Position numbers and translations under genes: made by a program
Shown here: piece after piece, positions 1-13,399 of the stretch
Layout: each line of letters opens with the position of its first letter
Numbering within the stretch: the first letter of the stretch is position 1
NCBI RefSeq assembly: GCF_006345805.1
Contig: NW_021833757.1
Span: 1 to 64,000, forward strand
DNA: 64,000 nucleotides
From: Octopus sinensis
Lineage: Eukaryota
Reading direction: 5' to 3'
The notes under the pieces: model-generated
The model's database searches: none
The model's input: the letters and a program-made list of their open reading frames with translations, nothing else
What the model was told of the DNA's origin: nothing

Positions 1-479
1 CAATGAAACAGTGAAATTTGAAATTTTACGACATAAAATTACAACAAAACATTTTTAGTTGAAAATAATATAAAATTAGATTGGTCTACTATTAATTGCT
101 GGGATAGAGTTGGATAGATCTCAGACGTAGTTCCTATAATCGACCTTATATCCAGTGTCCAAGCCAGTTCGATTTCAATTTGGCTCACGGTAGAGATCTT
201 GTAATTTCTGTCGCCTCGAAATATTATTTTATTGGTGTAGACATTCTAACAATTGAAGATTATACATTACCTGTTCAAAAAAACAAAGTTTGAGGATTTT
301 TAATTATATTTTTTGGCTCTTTTGAAAGAACACTGCACAGATTCTATCAAATTTGAGTGTTTGGTTGTTTATTGCTAACTAGGAACATTGTGAGAGTTAT
401 ATAAAGGCCATTAGAAGTGGATTAAATATTCTTGCTAGCTGCACTTTGTCTCATTTCTTAAAATATAAATGTATTACAT

Positions 480-925
480 GGATGAGCTATCTAAAATTGT
501 TAGTGCCTTTTCAACAATAGGACTGATAGTCAACACAACAAACTGAGATCAAGAATATCTCAGTCCCAATACAAGACTTGCTTAGAATAGAGAATATTTT
601 AGGAATCTTGGCAGGCAGAAAACAAACACACCTCAATAATGTTTATTTTTTCAGGTGTACTTTTGGGGAGTCCGAATTGCAAAACCACCTCCGGACTAAG
701 AGTGTCGAAATGAAATAGTGCATTCTATTGATAATACGTTAAAATTGTGTGTTGAGACGATCCAAAACATTTGGTTCAATAATGATACTGGACAATGTAC
801 TGGCGGAGATGGCCTAAGATCTGCCCTGAAACTTCCCCTCCCGGCTTTCACATCTTCTCACTCATGCTAACGAAGGCTATCTTAGAGATTCTACATAAAT
901 CTCTCGAATCTTCTTTGGACAAGCA
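480..925 (+). mobile_element. Degenerate, internally deleted CRE-like retrotransposon fragment (copy at ~53370-53820, minus)
   Basis: Colinear nucleotide similarity to 44930-45500 of the CRE-like element (e.g. cagtcccaat, aagagtgtcgaaatg, ggcctaagatc, gagattctacataaatc). Confidence 0.8.
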
Positions 926-979
926 ATATCTACAGAAGAGTGGTCGAATTTTTGCTTGTATAACACCCCTACAAATCTC

Positions 980-1290
980 GTATTGAAGAAATTTTATTAA
1001 AAGAAGAATTTAAGATTCATAAATTTAAGAAAATTGGCTCCATACAGTCCAATGGCTAATCCAATTGAAAATATTTAATATGTAGTAGGAGCAGGTGTTA
1101 AAAAACCTTGTTAAAAAAGATTGCCAAGTAATTTGTCGTATCATAAAAATTACTTTGTCTAAAAATTGTTTTTAATTGTTATTTCTTTATTTTTCCATCA
1201 GTTTCCCCATACGTGTCAATGTCTGATTAAAGTGCTCAATTACACATAAATTTATTTATACACTTGTGACTGGAGATGGTTTGGTCTTCA
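980..1290. mobile_element. Adjacent remnants of an IS630/Tc1 transposase (plus) and a Ginger-like integrase (minus)
   Basis: LAPYSPMANPIENI on plus at ~1035-1075. VIEHFNQTLTRG on minus, resembling the ERFNQTITR integrase motif. Confidence 0.5.
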
Positions 1291-1956
1291 AAAATATGTT
1301 TGATTTTATTTTTGCACAGTTAATCAATTAGTTGGTTTTTTAATCCCAATTGTTATGTTTTTGTAAAATCTGGGGATTGAGACTATAATGATATTGAATT
1401 TATTGGGAGAAATTATTTTTCAATTAAAAATGCGTCAAACCTTTTCTTATAATAAATTATTCAATTGAATCTCAAACTATTTGGGTCACCCTTTCAAGTA
1501 CAATTTATCTAAACCACGTAGTACACGTGTACATCACGATTTTTATAAATTAATTTGAATTGCATCAACTCGGAATAGGGTATAAACATAATTACTACAA
1601 ATCAACCAACCAAATTCTCTTTGCTTGTTTTTCTAACATCATTTCGTCTCAATTTGCATGCCGGTTAAAAATTAATCTAATAATATCGACCAACCATTTG
1701 AATCCCCGCCTTTTAATTTCTAAATCAATCTGGATAAAAAATCATGAGACACTTTATTTGAAAGTGTCGACTCGGAAATATTATCGTTGAAATAAAGGCA
1801 TGAATATTGGTTAGAAATAGTAATTTATAATAATACTATATCAACCTATTAACCACATTTCCGCCCAAGAATTTTCAGGTGCTCAAATCAGAGTTCACGT
1901 GATGAAAATTATCAAAAAATTTAAAAATGATTTATAAATGGAATATTGAAAAGTTG

Positions 1957-2608
1957 TTATTTATTTTTTTTGTTTTTAATGTGTTTGTTTTGAACGTGTT
2001 TGGATAGATGGTCAGAGCGAATGTATTTCCGCTGGCAGTAAGGGCATGTATAGTTCCTTTCTCCCGTGTGCATGCGTCGGTGTCTCCCCAGTTCATCTGA
2101 CCGCGAGAAACATCTGCTACAATTTTCAAAATTGCATTTGTATGGTTTCTCACCTATTGTTGTTATTTCTGCTTTTTACCCGTGTGCTTCCGATAATGAG
2201 TCTTTAAGTGAGAATTCTTGAAATAGGCTTTTCCACAGTTTTCGTAGTTGCAAACAAATTTTCGAACTCTTATATTTTTTTCCTGAGTTTTTTCTATACT
2301 CTGGTTTCCTTGGTTGACTATTTTGGGTTCAGTAGAAGCCAAAAAAAGGAGATTGAGTGGGTCACTGTTGGAAGAGTAGACGGAGGGAATGTTAGAATTA
2401 GTTCCCAATATGCTCTCTATGCTGAAGTTGTTATTAGACTGTGGACATTTCTCAGTCTGGAAGTAAAAATAATTTGTTCTACCTTGTTTGAGATATTTGG
2501 ATGAACAAAATTGTTATTACAAAAATAGGAATCCAATCGACGATTTATGAACTTGTTCATTAAGAAAAGGTAATTTGCAGCCACGATTACATCTCGATCT
2601 AAAACCAT
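1957..2608 (-). CDS. KLF: Kruppel-like factor (KLF9/13-like), 3 exons, intact
   Basis: Removing 26-nt introns 2457-2482 and 2154-2179 gives one ORF: [17 protein letters not shown]...FSIESIL...[25 protein letters not shown]|[28 protein letters not shown]...[17 protein letters not shown]. The three C2H2 fingers carry the KLF/Sp recognition helices. Confidence 0.92.
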
Positions 2609-2949
2609 GAGGTTTGCTATATACGACCGAATAACATTTTCGACTAATATTAAGGACAAGGCTTTTATAGTTGTTATATTGCGCTGGTTCACGTGTCTAG
2701 CAAATGGCTGATGAAATTTTAATTCGTTACATATTTAGGGTTTTGTAATCAATAAAAATAGCGGGAAATGTCTGAATTTCAGGTAAAATTAAATATTTTT
2801 CGTTTCACTAGGACGTTGTCTTCCTAGATGCCTAATTAATTGGAATGCTGACAGAAGCTTGGAAATCAAGAAGCAAATTATCATGTGGCGAGTGCTATCC
2901 TAAATATAAACAGTATATGGAAAAACAAGGATATTTCTTAAAGACAAAA

Positions 2950-3085
2950 TGCAGTAAACAAAAAATTGATGATTTTGAACTTTGGTGCTGGAGGAGGTTA
3001 CTGAGAATCTCTTGAACATACAAAATAATAAATATCGATTTACTCAAACAAGTGGACGCTGACATTTCGCTTGAAGCAAAAATTG
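2950..3085 (+). mobile_element. RTE-clade LINE C-terminal fragment (copy at ~51490-51625)
   Basis: KIDDFELWCWRRLLRIS...LLKQV...SLEAKI matches the RTE post-RT motif. Confidence 0.7.
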
Positions 3086-3712
3086 GTTCATTGGTTTTTC
3101 TGAAAACATGAATGTTTTATTTCTTGGAACAAGAAATTTGTCGTTATTTTTCGTACTTTTTGAATTGATTTGTTTTCTAGACTGTCTTGTAATAGGAACC
3201 CGATGATTTGAATAATTTCATAAACGGAATATTATCAAATTTTATACTCCCAGAACAATTATCGATCGTAATTCTTGTACATGTTTACAATGGAGGAATC
3301 TATACGTTTGAAATAGATTTCTACACTATTGTAACCTATACAAGATAAGTTGCAAAAATTGGGTCCGGAGAAAGCACGGTATTAAATTGAATAAACATCC
3401 AGTATTTTCTTTTATAATGATTTCCAATTACTCCGAAATACTTACAACCCAGAGTGAGGCTATAGGAGTAGCCCAAATGCGATTAAAGAAACAGCACGGA
3501 CTGACCGATTTACGGGAGGATTTTCTTATATTATACCTGCATATACAATATCACTCCATGGAATAATCAATCAACTAAATTAAAATTCAAAAAAATTAAA
3601 AGAAGAAGATTAAAAAAATAAAATCGAAAAATTTCAAAAGTGAAGAAAGCAGATTAGAGGAATAAAATCAAAAAATATGTCAAAAATGATGAAATTTCAG
3701 ATAAATTAATCA

Positions 3713-4384
3713 GTGCCTAAGAATTGCAATCTCCCTCCGTGTCGGGCTGAAAATCTGCCAGACGCACAAATGCCGTTGTGGGGGAACTGTTGACGAGTAC
3801 GGTTTGCATCCCCTCGCTTGCCGGCGGAGTGCCGGTCGTGCCCCCCATCACAATGAACTCAACTCAGTCATACAGAGAGCCCTCGCTTTAGCAGGCATCC
3901 CGTCAATCCTTGAACCTGTTGGATTGGATAGAGGGGATGGCAAACGCCCTGACGGCATGTCCACCTTCCCATACGAGCAGGGGAAATCCCTTATTTGGGA
4001 TTCTACCTGTTCGGACACGTTCTCGCTGGGAAATCTCGCTCTGTCCGCCGCCAATCCTGGGCACGCTTCGAGGCAGGCCGAGGAGCGAAAGATTCTCAAG
4101 TACGGCCACCTCTCCAACTCGCTGCTCTTTACTCCAATTGCCGTGGAGTCCTCCGGGATCTTCGGCCCCAAGACACTCCGCTTCCTTCGCTCGCTCGGTC
4201 GACTGATTTCAAGGACTAGTCACGATCCAAGAGAGTTTTCTTGGCTCCTGGAACGTCTGTCGATTGCTGTGATCCGAGGGAACGGCTTCGCCATTCGCGA
4301 GGCTATCGGGTGTCTCGTGAGGCCTTTAATTAACTTAGCTATCTTTAATTTCTTTCTTGTTTAACAAACTATTATTTAAAAAAA
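3713..4384 (+). mobile_element. 5'-truncated CRE-like non-LTR insertion (RLE domain)
   Basis: CRCG..H..AC zinc knuckle, RPDG, WDSTC and K..KY motifs. Poly(A) tail and 10-bp TSD aaattaatca (3703-3712 and 4385-4394). Confidence 0.92.
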
Positions 4385-4523
4385 AAATTAATCATTAAAA
4401 GAAACTGCATCACGAAATATTCTTTCTGAATCCAATTAAACAAAAAAATTAATACAAAGTAGAATAAAAATAAAATTTATTTATATTAAAAAAGACAAAC
4501 TAAAAGTTTACAACGGGACATAA

Positions 4524-4800
4524 TTGAATCCAAAGACCGCACACTTGAGAATCACTGGTCCAAATGAAAGATTCCAGATGGATTTGATTAATCTGAAGAA
4601 GTATCAATTTTTGGTATTTTTTATTAAAGATGAAGTCATTAAGAGGGCATTCGATTCCGCGGGATTCCCGTCTATCTTGGAACCGGTTAGTCTTTTTAGA
4701 GATAATGAAAAAATGTTCCGAAGGGATGACAGGAAAGGTAGGTCTCTCATTTGGCGCGTGAAATGTGTGATTTCCCTGTCAAAGACGTTGCTTTCCAGAA
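4524..4800 (+). mobile_element. Chimeric remnant: Ginger-like integrase start joined to CRE RLE piece (copy at ~49775-50054)
   Basis: PNERFQMDLINLKKY followed directly by KRAFDSAGFPSILEPV...GRSLIW. Confidence 0.7.
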
Positions 4801-5257
4801 CTGAAATCCTCTCGCATAATATGATCAAAGTTCAAATGGACTATGAAACCACAAAGAAGACACTTATGAAAAGAATGAAAAAATTAAATAACATCAATTG
4901 ACTTGCGTCAGTAATACGATGATTATTTCAAGGTAAAAGTCAACAAGTTTGGAAAGAAACTCAGAAACATAGAGACTGGAAAAGACTTCATTAACAAAGA
5001 TCCCGAAAAGAAACTCGGTACAGATGAAACAGGAAAGGAATCCAGAGAAAGATCAATAGGTTTAACCTCCTGTCGAAATCGCCGAATGCTTAAAAACCCA
5101 AATAACGTTGCAGAAGTCCGGGTCCTTTAGTCAAAAAATTTTGGTTCGCAGACGAGTCAGCTGGATTCACCGTTTGGAACCTGAGATGCTGCAACAGGTC
5201 CTACTAGTGAGGAGCACACCAGCAACATAGCTCCTATAAAAATCATTGCTGTGAATG

Positions 5258-5277
5258 AGGGTTAGGGTTAGGGTTAG
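5258..5277 (+). repeat. Short interstitial telomeric repeat (AGGGTT)3AG
   Basis: Perfect agggttagggttagggttag. Confidence 0.85.
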
Positions 5278-5289
5278 ACTACTTAAAGC

Positions 5290-5700
5290 ATAAATACACC
5301 AAATATAACAATGAAATCAACGTAAAAAAATTTAAAGGAAATTCAACTCAAATACTTCATTGATATAATCGAAACGAAAAGTTTACATTCATCACTTTAC
5401 AAATGCAACAAAAACATTCATTCCGATATTAAAGAATCCTCTTTGTGGTTGCAGAAAGACAATATAAGCCCAAGGAGTGAGGGTCTATATTGCTTACTGC
5501 AAGATAAAAATCTGTTCTGGTCAGAACTAGATGTATATTGTCCTCACTACAAACTGGCTAAGAAGTCAGTCGACCACCTCGCTACACGATGCAACAGAAT
5601 ATTGAATTGTGAGTACACGAAGAGACACAATGAAGTCGTAAGATGCTTGCATCTCGACTTATGTCGCCTCTTCGGAACGAAACTTTTCCGGTTTTAAGCG
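5290..5700 (+). mobile_element. R4/Dong-like RLE retroelement remnant (copy at ~48885-49290)
   Basis: SPRSEGLYCLLQDKNLF, CPHY..AKKSVDHLATRC and RHNEVVRCLHL are homologous to the C-terminus of 31637-33877. Confidence 0.8.
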
Positions 5701-6284
5701 TATGGTATTATTGTAATCATAAACAATATCGGCCAAAATATCCACGAAAGACACTTGCTGAAGATATCCCCCTTTTATGCTTTGGTTGAACCTTTATAAA
5801 TTAAAGTCAACTGGTAACCTCTCTACTTGACCTATTACGCAATGCTCGATTAAATATTTTTCACAGACTTCGTAGATTTAAGAATTACAAAATTATTTAC
5901 CATTTTCTGTATGGAGGATGATTAGTGGTCCGATATAATAAAAAACATTTTGGAAAAGATTAGCTACATTATTACCGCTAATTTCAAATTTGATAATTCG
6001 ACTACATATTTTGAAAAGGAATCAACTATTACAAAAATCTTTAAATTAATAATTTCATCCAAAATACCCAAGAGAATTTATCGTTAAATTCAGAATATCT
6101 GCAAAGATCAATGAGATCTGCGAGACATCTATCTCTAGCCCTACGTGCGATGATTTACGTTATTTTCGGCTTAGTCGCCATTAATTTTTTAGTCTAGCAT
6201 TATAGAATTAAAATTTACCTGGCAATAAACACATTAATTAATTACTCCTGCAATTTTATCAGCCACAATACTTTGTCTTTAACT

Positions 6285-6607
6285 TTTTGAACAGTCAAGG
6301 CAAAATTCTTGTACTTTTGACTTTGCGGGGCTTCCGCCAAAGCAACGGCCGAGCTGGAAGAATATGCAGATGACAATATGGCGGATGGGGACCACGTGTC
6401 TAAACACGTGGCATCCCAGATGAGGTAATTGCCATTTCGGAATGGGGAGGTAGTCACCCCATTCGGCCGTTTGCCGTCTCCTCTGTTCAATCCAGCGGAT
6501 ATTAGCACATTGGGGAAGCCAGCAGCATTGAATGCTTTTGAGATTACGTCGTTGATTGCTCCGTAGCGAGGCTAGCGGCCTGCGCTCCGGCGGCAGGAGA
6601 GGGGACA
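6285..6607 (-). mobile_element. CRE-like RLE fragment (copy at ~47971-48290)
   Basis: LSCRRSAGR, DGKRPNG and LIWDATCLDT motifs. Confidence 0.8.
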
Positions 6608-6808
6608 GATTATTATTTATACATTCAAAAAAAAATTAATTATATTATAATTAAAAATTCGTTTTAGTATACTTATTTAATTTTAAAATTCTGATGTAAT
6701 TAGATAAGCACGTTACTGCATAATGTATTTTGTTGTTGTTTTAATTTTTTAGTCAAATTATATTTTTTTACATTAATAGTTAATATTTGTATTAAAATTG
6801 GTTAAATA

Positions 6809-8269
6809 CAGTGCTGGTAGAAAAAAACCGGTTTTGCAGTTACTAACTTTTTTTGGCGGATAGCATTTATTTTTTTAACTGAATTGAACTCTTTGTAGTT
6901 GATTAGATTTATAATTTTTTTTATTTATAAAAAATTCCATTAATCGTTTAAAATTCTGAAGATTTAAATTTTAGAGTGTGAATAAAAAACCGGTTTTCAT
7001 TATTGAGTGATATTTTAGTAGTTGAATTTTTAGTTTTATAAGCAAATGTTGAATAAAATAATTAAAGGGAAGATTCTTGCTCTTTATGAGTTAAATTGGA
7101 CGATAAAAGATATCGCAGATCATCTAAATACTCCAAAATCGACAATCGGAGATTTTCTTCGAAAATTCAAAAAATATGGAACTATTGATAGGACTCCTGG
7201 TTCTGGACGTCCTAAAAAGCTTCAAAAAACAGACGTTGAAATTTTATTGCATCTTGTTGAGTGCGATCCAAAAAAATCTTCTAACACGTTGAGGAATGAA
7301 ATAAATTATTTAACTAGTAAGAGTGTCTGTAAAAAGACAATTGGAACTTATTTAAATTCCAATTTTCTCTTCGGAAGAGTATGTCAACGTAAACCGTTGC
7401 TTTCGAAGAAAAACATAATAAAAAGATATGAATTGTCCAAAATTTTTATTCGGATGAACAATGACGCATGGAAAACTATTATTTTCTCTGATGAAGCATC
7501 TTTTCAGATTTTTCATACTAAAAAAAGGCAATACAGTTATCGAAAAAAAAGTTCACGTTATGAATTGAGCCATATTACGCCGACAGTAAAATTTGGTGGA
7601 GGCAGTGTTATGGTTTGGGGCTGTATCTCCTATCAAGGAGTGGGAAATTTAGTTTTTGTTAATGGAACCCTCAATTCCGCTATATATATAAATGTAATAA
7701 CGAATAATTTGTTCGTTTCGGCGCGAAAAATGGGACTAAATCAGTTCATTCTCCAACAAGATTTGGCTCCCTGTCATCAATCTGCTTTGACAACCAAGTT
7801 TTTTGAAGAAAATAAAGTTCCAATTCTTGATTGGGCTCCGCAATCTCCAGACATGAACCCAATGGAACATGTTTGGGGCATGATGAAGCAGAAGTATTCT
7901 TTAGATCCTGCAAAAAATTAACTGAATCTGGAAGTCAAATTAACAAAAATTTGGAACGAATTGCCGTCTGAAAGTATTCAGAAGTTAATTGATAGTATGC
8001 CTAACAGGTCATACGAGCTATTTATTAATCGAGGATATCACACATCATATTAACTGTTGATTTTGTTAACTCTTTTTGTTAAAACCGGTTTTTTATTCAC
8101 AAGCAAAAATTTAAATTTTTAAAATTTCCGCCGATTATTGAAATTTTTTAAAAGTAAAAAAGATTATACATATAATCAACTTCAAACTCTTTATTTCATT
8201 TAGAAAATTAATAGCTATCCGCCAAAAAAAGTTAGTAACTGCAAAACCGGTTTTTTTCTACCAGCACTG
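6809..8269 (+). mobile_element. Full-length Tc1 transposon (IR/DR type), arm-1 specific
   Basis: TIRs start CAGTGCTGGTAG. They are near-perfect for ~55 bp and degenerate to ~190 bp, with an internal aaaaaaccggtttt repeat. TA TSD at 6807-6808 and 8270-8271. Arm 2 has the empty site. Confidence 0.96.
7046..8053 (+). pseudogene. Tc1 DD34E transposase with one in-frame stop
   Basis: HTH region, FSDE, QQD and SPDMNPME motifs. TAA at 7919-7921, after which the frame continues as LNLEVKLTKIW...MPNR...GYHTSY. Confidence 0.92.
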
Positions 8270-9255
8270 TATATTGTTGAATTACATAATTTCATATAAT
8301 ATTCGACATTTTGTAATTAATTTGGTGATATTTCGACAATAATTTAATCTTTTTTTCATCTTAACCATTTAATACTTTTTGGATATATATTTTTATTTCA
8401 TTTAAATCATTCAAATTATCGCTATCTCAACATAAATCAAACATTTTTATATTTCGGATTCCCTTACTACAGACGACGTAGCGTATTTTGAGCTCCTTAT
8501 TTATTCTGTTATATTTTTGAAATTATTAAATAATTAGTATGTACCTTAATTCATGTGAATTGAATGTGGACAATCGAAGATTTCTAATAAATATTTACGT
8601 TCAAATTCTTACTACAAATTACTTATTCTATTATTGGGTAAATTCTATTATTTGCCGATTTTTGAAATAAAAAGTTTGTATAACTCAAAACAAGAGATAA
8701 TTAATAGTTATTCCCTTTTCGTGATTTGTGGTGTTTTATTCCATCAACCACACCCTCTTAGGGCTGACGTCCAGTGCACGGATATGCAGATTCATGTCAA
8801 CGCGCAGTCTTTAGCATTTTTACGTCAATTATGAACTTGAAATTTGTCAATTACAAACTTCTAATTGCACTTGAAAATTTCAAATTTACAATTTTGAAAT
8901 TAAAGTTTGCATCTTATCAAAATTTTGTATATAATAATTGTAATCATGTTATGGGAAACAGAACAAATCTTATTTGTTAAATCAAAAATCATAAAGGTCC
9001 TCTCCACGAGTAACTCGGGGATCATACCTTTCAACCCGGTTAACAAATCGCATTAATATTTGTGGTGTGAAAACCTTTTTTGAGTCTCCTGCAATTTGTT
9101 CCAATATTCTTAGCCTATATTCTGAAATTGGAATAATTTCTAATGAAATTAAATAATCTAAATTCTGACGATGAATGTCAATAAGAATTAATAGAACTAA
9201 AAACCACGAAAAACTCAAAATAAAATTTGAAAATGTCCAATAAAATTAATTTGTA

Positions 9256-10648
9256 CAGGGATTATGGCTTCAACCGACAAAATCCAAACTGTACAGGCAG
9301 TTCTTCCTTTCATTTTTAAAGCCAAACTACTGAGGGCGTCGTTATTTCGATCTTCAATTCACAAATTTTTTCAAAATTCGTGAAATAATATTTCGCTGCT
9401 TTAACCCAACTTCCCCATCTGCATAAATTAAGAAAAAGAATACCTAGTAATTACGACATCAGGTGGGTATCCAACATCCTTGAACAAATTACGACGTCTT
9501 CGGTTTTTTACTGTGGCAGCTTTAATGCTTGCAATTAAGCCATCTATTTCCGGATATGCAGACTTTATACGTAAAACCGTATTGTGTAACAAATGAGAAA
9601 CATAAGTCAAATGATGCATGTTGTTATACATGACCATTAAAGTTTTATCGCCTATTTATTTAGATACTTTTATATCACCAGAAATCATATAAGGAGCGGC
9701 ATCTGAGATTAACAGATAAAAATTGTCACGAATAATCTTCATTTTTCTAATGACGTCATCTATTATTTGGCAGATGATAGCAACATTGGCATGATTTTCC
9801 AGTGGTTTGCATTCAACCAAATAGGATTTTGTTGGAAAGCGAATGCTTCCAATTAGAATCACTACAAAACTTTTCCTTCGGATATCTGTTTCATCAATTA
9901 TTATAAAAATCTTTTCGTTTCTAAAAGTTAAAAAATAAACTTTAATACGTTAATCATTTTTCCAACTCATTTATCTTTTTTGTGCAAGAAATTTAACCGT
10001 AGTTCTGCATGAAAATTCGGACGGAGTGTTAATGTTAAATGTTTTAAACATTTTTTTGATCGAATCATTTTTTAATTTGTATAGCGGGATGTTTGCTTAT
10101 ACAAAAGCTTCCGTGATCGTTTCTTTAACCGAATCTACTTTGATTGATTCAGTTAATGTTGTTTGAACTGAATCACATGAATGACCTACAATTGTATTAC
10201 ATTTATACGAATATTGTTCTGATGTTTTAAAGAAGAACGATGAGAATCGACTGAAAATGTTTTTGCACAGTTGACTTTGGATAAACAAAGAGAACAAAAT
10301 AGAAGGCCATCGTCAGCAATACAGAACTCATCTTTGAATTCTGAGACTATACGCTTGGCTTTCTTAAGCAACGAACACTTGGGTTTTGGCATCACTCAAA
10401 ATACTATATAGCGTGCTAAATTATTTTATTTAAATTAATTTATTATCATTTTATGGGTGGCATTAAAAAAATTTTAATGCAATTTAAATTAGCATTAAAA
10501 AAATTAGCATTTAAAATTAAAAATAGCATTTATAGCATTTATAATGTATGTTTTTTTAACAAAATTAAAAAATAATTATTCCAAATTCAATTTTATATTA
10601 AATAAATATAAAAAGTAAAAATAGCATTTTAGCACTTAAATTGCCCTA
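9256..10648 (-). mobile_element. hAT-type transposon with CGGBP1-like N-terminal zinc finger, degenerate, two tiny introns
   Basis: LFCSLC..KVNC..HRSSLKH, SDAAPYM and TR|WGSW motifs. TAGGG and CCCTG ends with subterminal aaatgcta repeats. Introns 9652-9678 (27 nt) and 9419-9443 (25 nt) restore the frame. Confidence 0.8.
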
Positions 10649-11132
10649 GATATTAAGAAATGACACAAATATTAACATTCTTTCTTCTACCACTAATATT
10701 CAATTGTGTAATTAATTTAGCCATTTCCGTTATTAAATTCTTTGTCCGTCAATTCGATTTTTTCCAAAGTACAATTTTTTGCCTAAATTTTTATTCAAAC
10801 CTTCCTACGCATTTAAGTTAGCGACTTGGTCCAAGATACCCGAACATAGTGTATTAGTGTATTCCAAAGGAACTTCATCATCAGTATTGCTAAAACCACC
10901 AGAGGACCAAGGCTATGTGCCGACTGAGTAATTCTTATATTATTTATACAAGCTTGCAATGAGTCAAATGTGGGGACAACGTGATATGCTGAGATATCAG
11001 GAAATGACACAAATATGACCATTCTTTGTGTATTATTAATATTCATCATCCTAATTAATTAAAATATTTATATTCTCAACTAAGAAATTATCTCCCGAAT
11101 AGTGAGGTGTTCCTTCGAGGCGAGTGATCTCG

Positions 11133-12296
11133 TCAGTAAGAAGGAAAATGTATAATGGACAGTCCTCCCATGTCCTGAAGACTCTGCTTTAAACTCTGTG
11201 AAAGATATTTGAGGAATAGATGGGCGGATCCCTTGTCGAGGACTGTGCCGGAAACCCCCTGAGCCACTTGAATGGAGGACCCGTGGCTAAGATGAGTAAT
11301 ACCCCAACCATAAATATCGAGCCTGGACATCCTTGGTCAACTCCATGGCGTCGAGTGACCCCATTCCGCGATAAGGCCTCACTTTGACGTCGTTGATGAG
11401 GGCAGACTCGATGGGGGATTCGGAGGTGGCAGCAAACATGGATCCCATCATGACTAGTGCATGTAGCTGAATGGGGTACCTGTGGAGGCTCCCAGGGCAA
11501 TTGCCTTGGCGATGTGTCCCGGGGACTGGACTCCCCCATCGGCAATGACTGGCACTCCGAATTGTCTGGCCAACTGACTGACGTGGTACACAGCACTGGC
11601 CTGTCCTCGACCAACAGCCATGACTGGGGGATTAGTGGGTGACTGACCTTCCTGAGTGATACAAATAGATCCCGACCAGTGCAACCAGACAGTCCTCTTT
11701 GTCGACGATTGGGAGTTTCCCTTTCTTTACATTTCGGAGGGTCTTGTAGGCGTCTTGGAAGTTGATCCCGTCGTTAGAAGTGACCAATGACTCTCCGGGG
11801 GTCATCACCTGCAGTGACAAGTCGAGGCAAACCACTTCCATCCATGTCTGGTCGGACACACAGCACAAATCAATGTCCCGTTGAGTCACCAGGCCCAACA
11901 ACCGTCCATTAAGTGTCACCGGGAAGCCAGAAAAGCCATGTTTATTGACCAGGATTTTGTAATCTGCCACAGTAGTGCTGGGGGAGACGACAACTGGGTT
12001 CATAATGAAGCCCTGTTTGGAGGATTTGACTAGTCGGACATGACTGGCTTGTTCCTCGGGCAGACAGTTGTTGTGGATTATGCCTATGCCCCCCTCCAAC
12101 TACCAATGTCGGTCAGTCAATACGCCATGGCGATTGCCATTCGGGACTCTGTCACCGTGTCCATTGGGGTTGATACGAATGGGCAATTTAGGACTATTTT
12201 TTTGATTAAATTGGTTTTCAAGTTCTGAAATGACACTTTAGACATACCACTTGGTCTGCCGCAAAGTCGATGTAGCCGGGGAGAATGATCAAGTCA
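11133..12296 (-). pseudogene. IMPDH: IMP dehydrogenase pseudogene (exon 1 lost, ~100-aa internal deletion, six tiny introns)
   Basis: [25 protein letters not shown], two CBS domains, SGSICITQE with the catalytic Cys, IADGG, YRGMGS and VAQGVSG. The TIM-barrel segment between LVAL and SGSIC is missing. Confidence 0.95.
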
Positions 12297-12305
12297 CTAC
12301 TCATT

Positions 12306-13395
12306 AGGTTAGTTCTCTACTTGTAGGACAGGCTGTACACTGATGAAAATATTTTGCCTTCTCCATAAAAATTCTATAAATGTATTAAGAGTATTTAATA
12401 CCTGCAAAATATGCACCCATGAAGTGACGTCCCCCTTTGTCTCTTATTGCGCCATTTTGCGCACCCCCACATTCTATATTTTCATAATTATTATCTGAAC
12501 CTCTCAACATTCTGTGCACCTGTGCTCGGATCTACAAAATTTCGTCTGCAAATTTATAAACGAATTATGGCCAACTGTAAGGTGCACATAAGCAAGAGCA
12601 TTGAGATCTGGCGTTGAATAACCTATTAGCAAGAATATAGTAGAATTACCCTTCCATTTGTCAGTGTGTATCACTGATCCCGGTGCGATATTTTCCTGTA
12701 TTGCGGCGGTTAGAGTTCTTTTGGAGCGATCTGGAACCATCTTGATGAAACAGTCTTTACTTCCACGACAGATTCCCTCAAACACCCATTGTTGAGGGAG
12801 AATCTGCATTGTTTTTCCGTTTAGAAAACATGCATTTGTCAACTTGGACAACTTTGCCAATACCACCTAACAATCTAACACTAATACCAATCAGTGTGTT
12901 CGGACGATTTGCTAAATAATATGCGCAAACCTGGGAGTGAGACAAATTAAGAATTGTATGGCTGCTCCATTCCAGTTGACGCCGACACCACAAAATACTG
13001 TCGAAACTCCACATGTACATAAAGCATGACTGTAAGCTCACTTTCGTGCCTTCGAGCCACGTACCTAAAAATAAAGTACTCTCTTATACCGTTTCTAATA
13101 GAACTAAATGTTCGACACCCACTTTTATAGCACACCCATGTTGTATTCTCCTGCTGTTGGAGAAGGGTCATAAAATGTCTGTTTTGACATTTTTTTCTTT
13201 GGGAAAGATTCCAACCTCTTGAAGGAAGGCAACTGACTCCATTTCAGTACGGGAAGTTCATAGTCCTTCAGTTTTGCAAATTTTCGCATGTCAACTGTAT
13301 CATTCATCTCCACAAGCCGGTAAAAAATTCAAATTTTTTACAAAAAATTGAATACAATTTACAAATTCGGCATAGTTCAATTTTTTAAATTTTCC
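12306..13395 (-). mobile_element. Merlin (ISXO2/IS1595-like) DNA transposon, degenerate, two tiny introns
   Basis: SIRNG|TWLEG, VQVD, QWVF.GICR, TDKWKG|Y and QNVE motifs. Introns 13065-13089 (25 nt) and 12623-12649 (27 nt). Begins GGAAAATTT; the 3' TIR was not found. Confidence 0.85.
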
Positions 13396-13399
13396 TCAA

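Larger units (their letters stand above)
1..13394. repeat. Left arm of a large inverted duplication (may extend beyond the window edge)
   Basis: Reverse complement of 39655-54309: base 1 pairs with 54309 and 13394 with 39655. Identity is about 95-99% by eye. Private features are Tc1 6809-8269 and a ~274-bp segment 1561-1834. Confidence 0.97.

Noticed and set aside
2768-2830. MSEFQ|DVVFLDA* with a 29-nt GT-AG intron, divergent from KLF
   Set aside because: Looks like a gene start but stops after 12 codons and cannot be identified.
5095-5255. Sm-like AATTTTGG plus hairpin (possible snRNA or SL RNA); on the other strand AGVLL...KGPGLLQRYLG (AAA-ATPase-like)
   Set aside because: No other snRNA hallmark, and the motif spacing does not fit an AAA domain. 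Neither reading can be supported.
8982-9218. 78-aa ORF repeated in both arms
   Set aside because: No recognisable family, and broken in arm 2. The repetition is explained by the duplication.
10657-11026. ~26-bp direct repeat (gaaatgacacaaatat...cattcttt) about 345 bp apart, with a possible 25-nt intron between
   Set aside because: Only two units, no consistent reading frame, and not an array.
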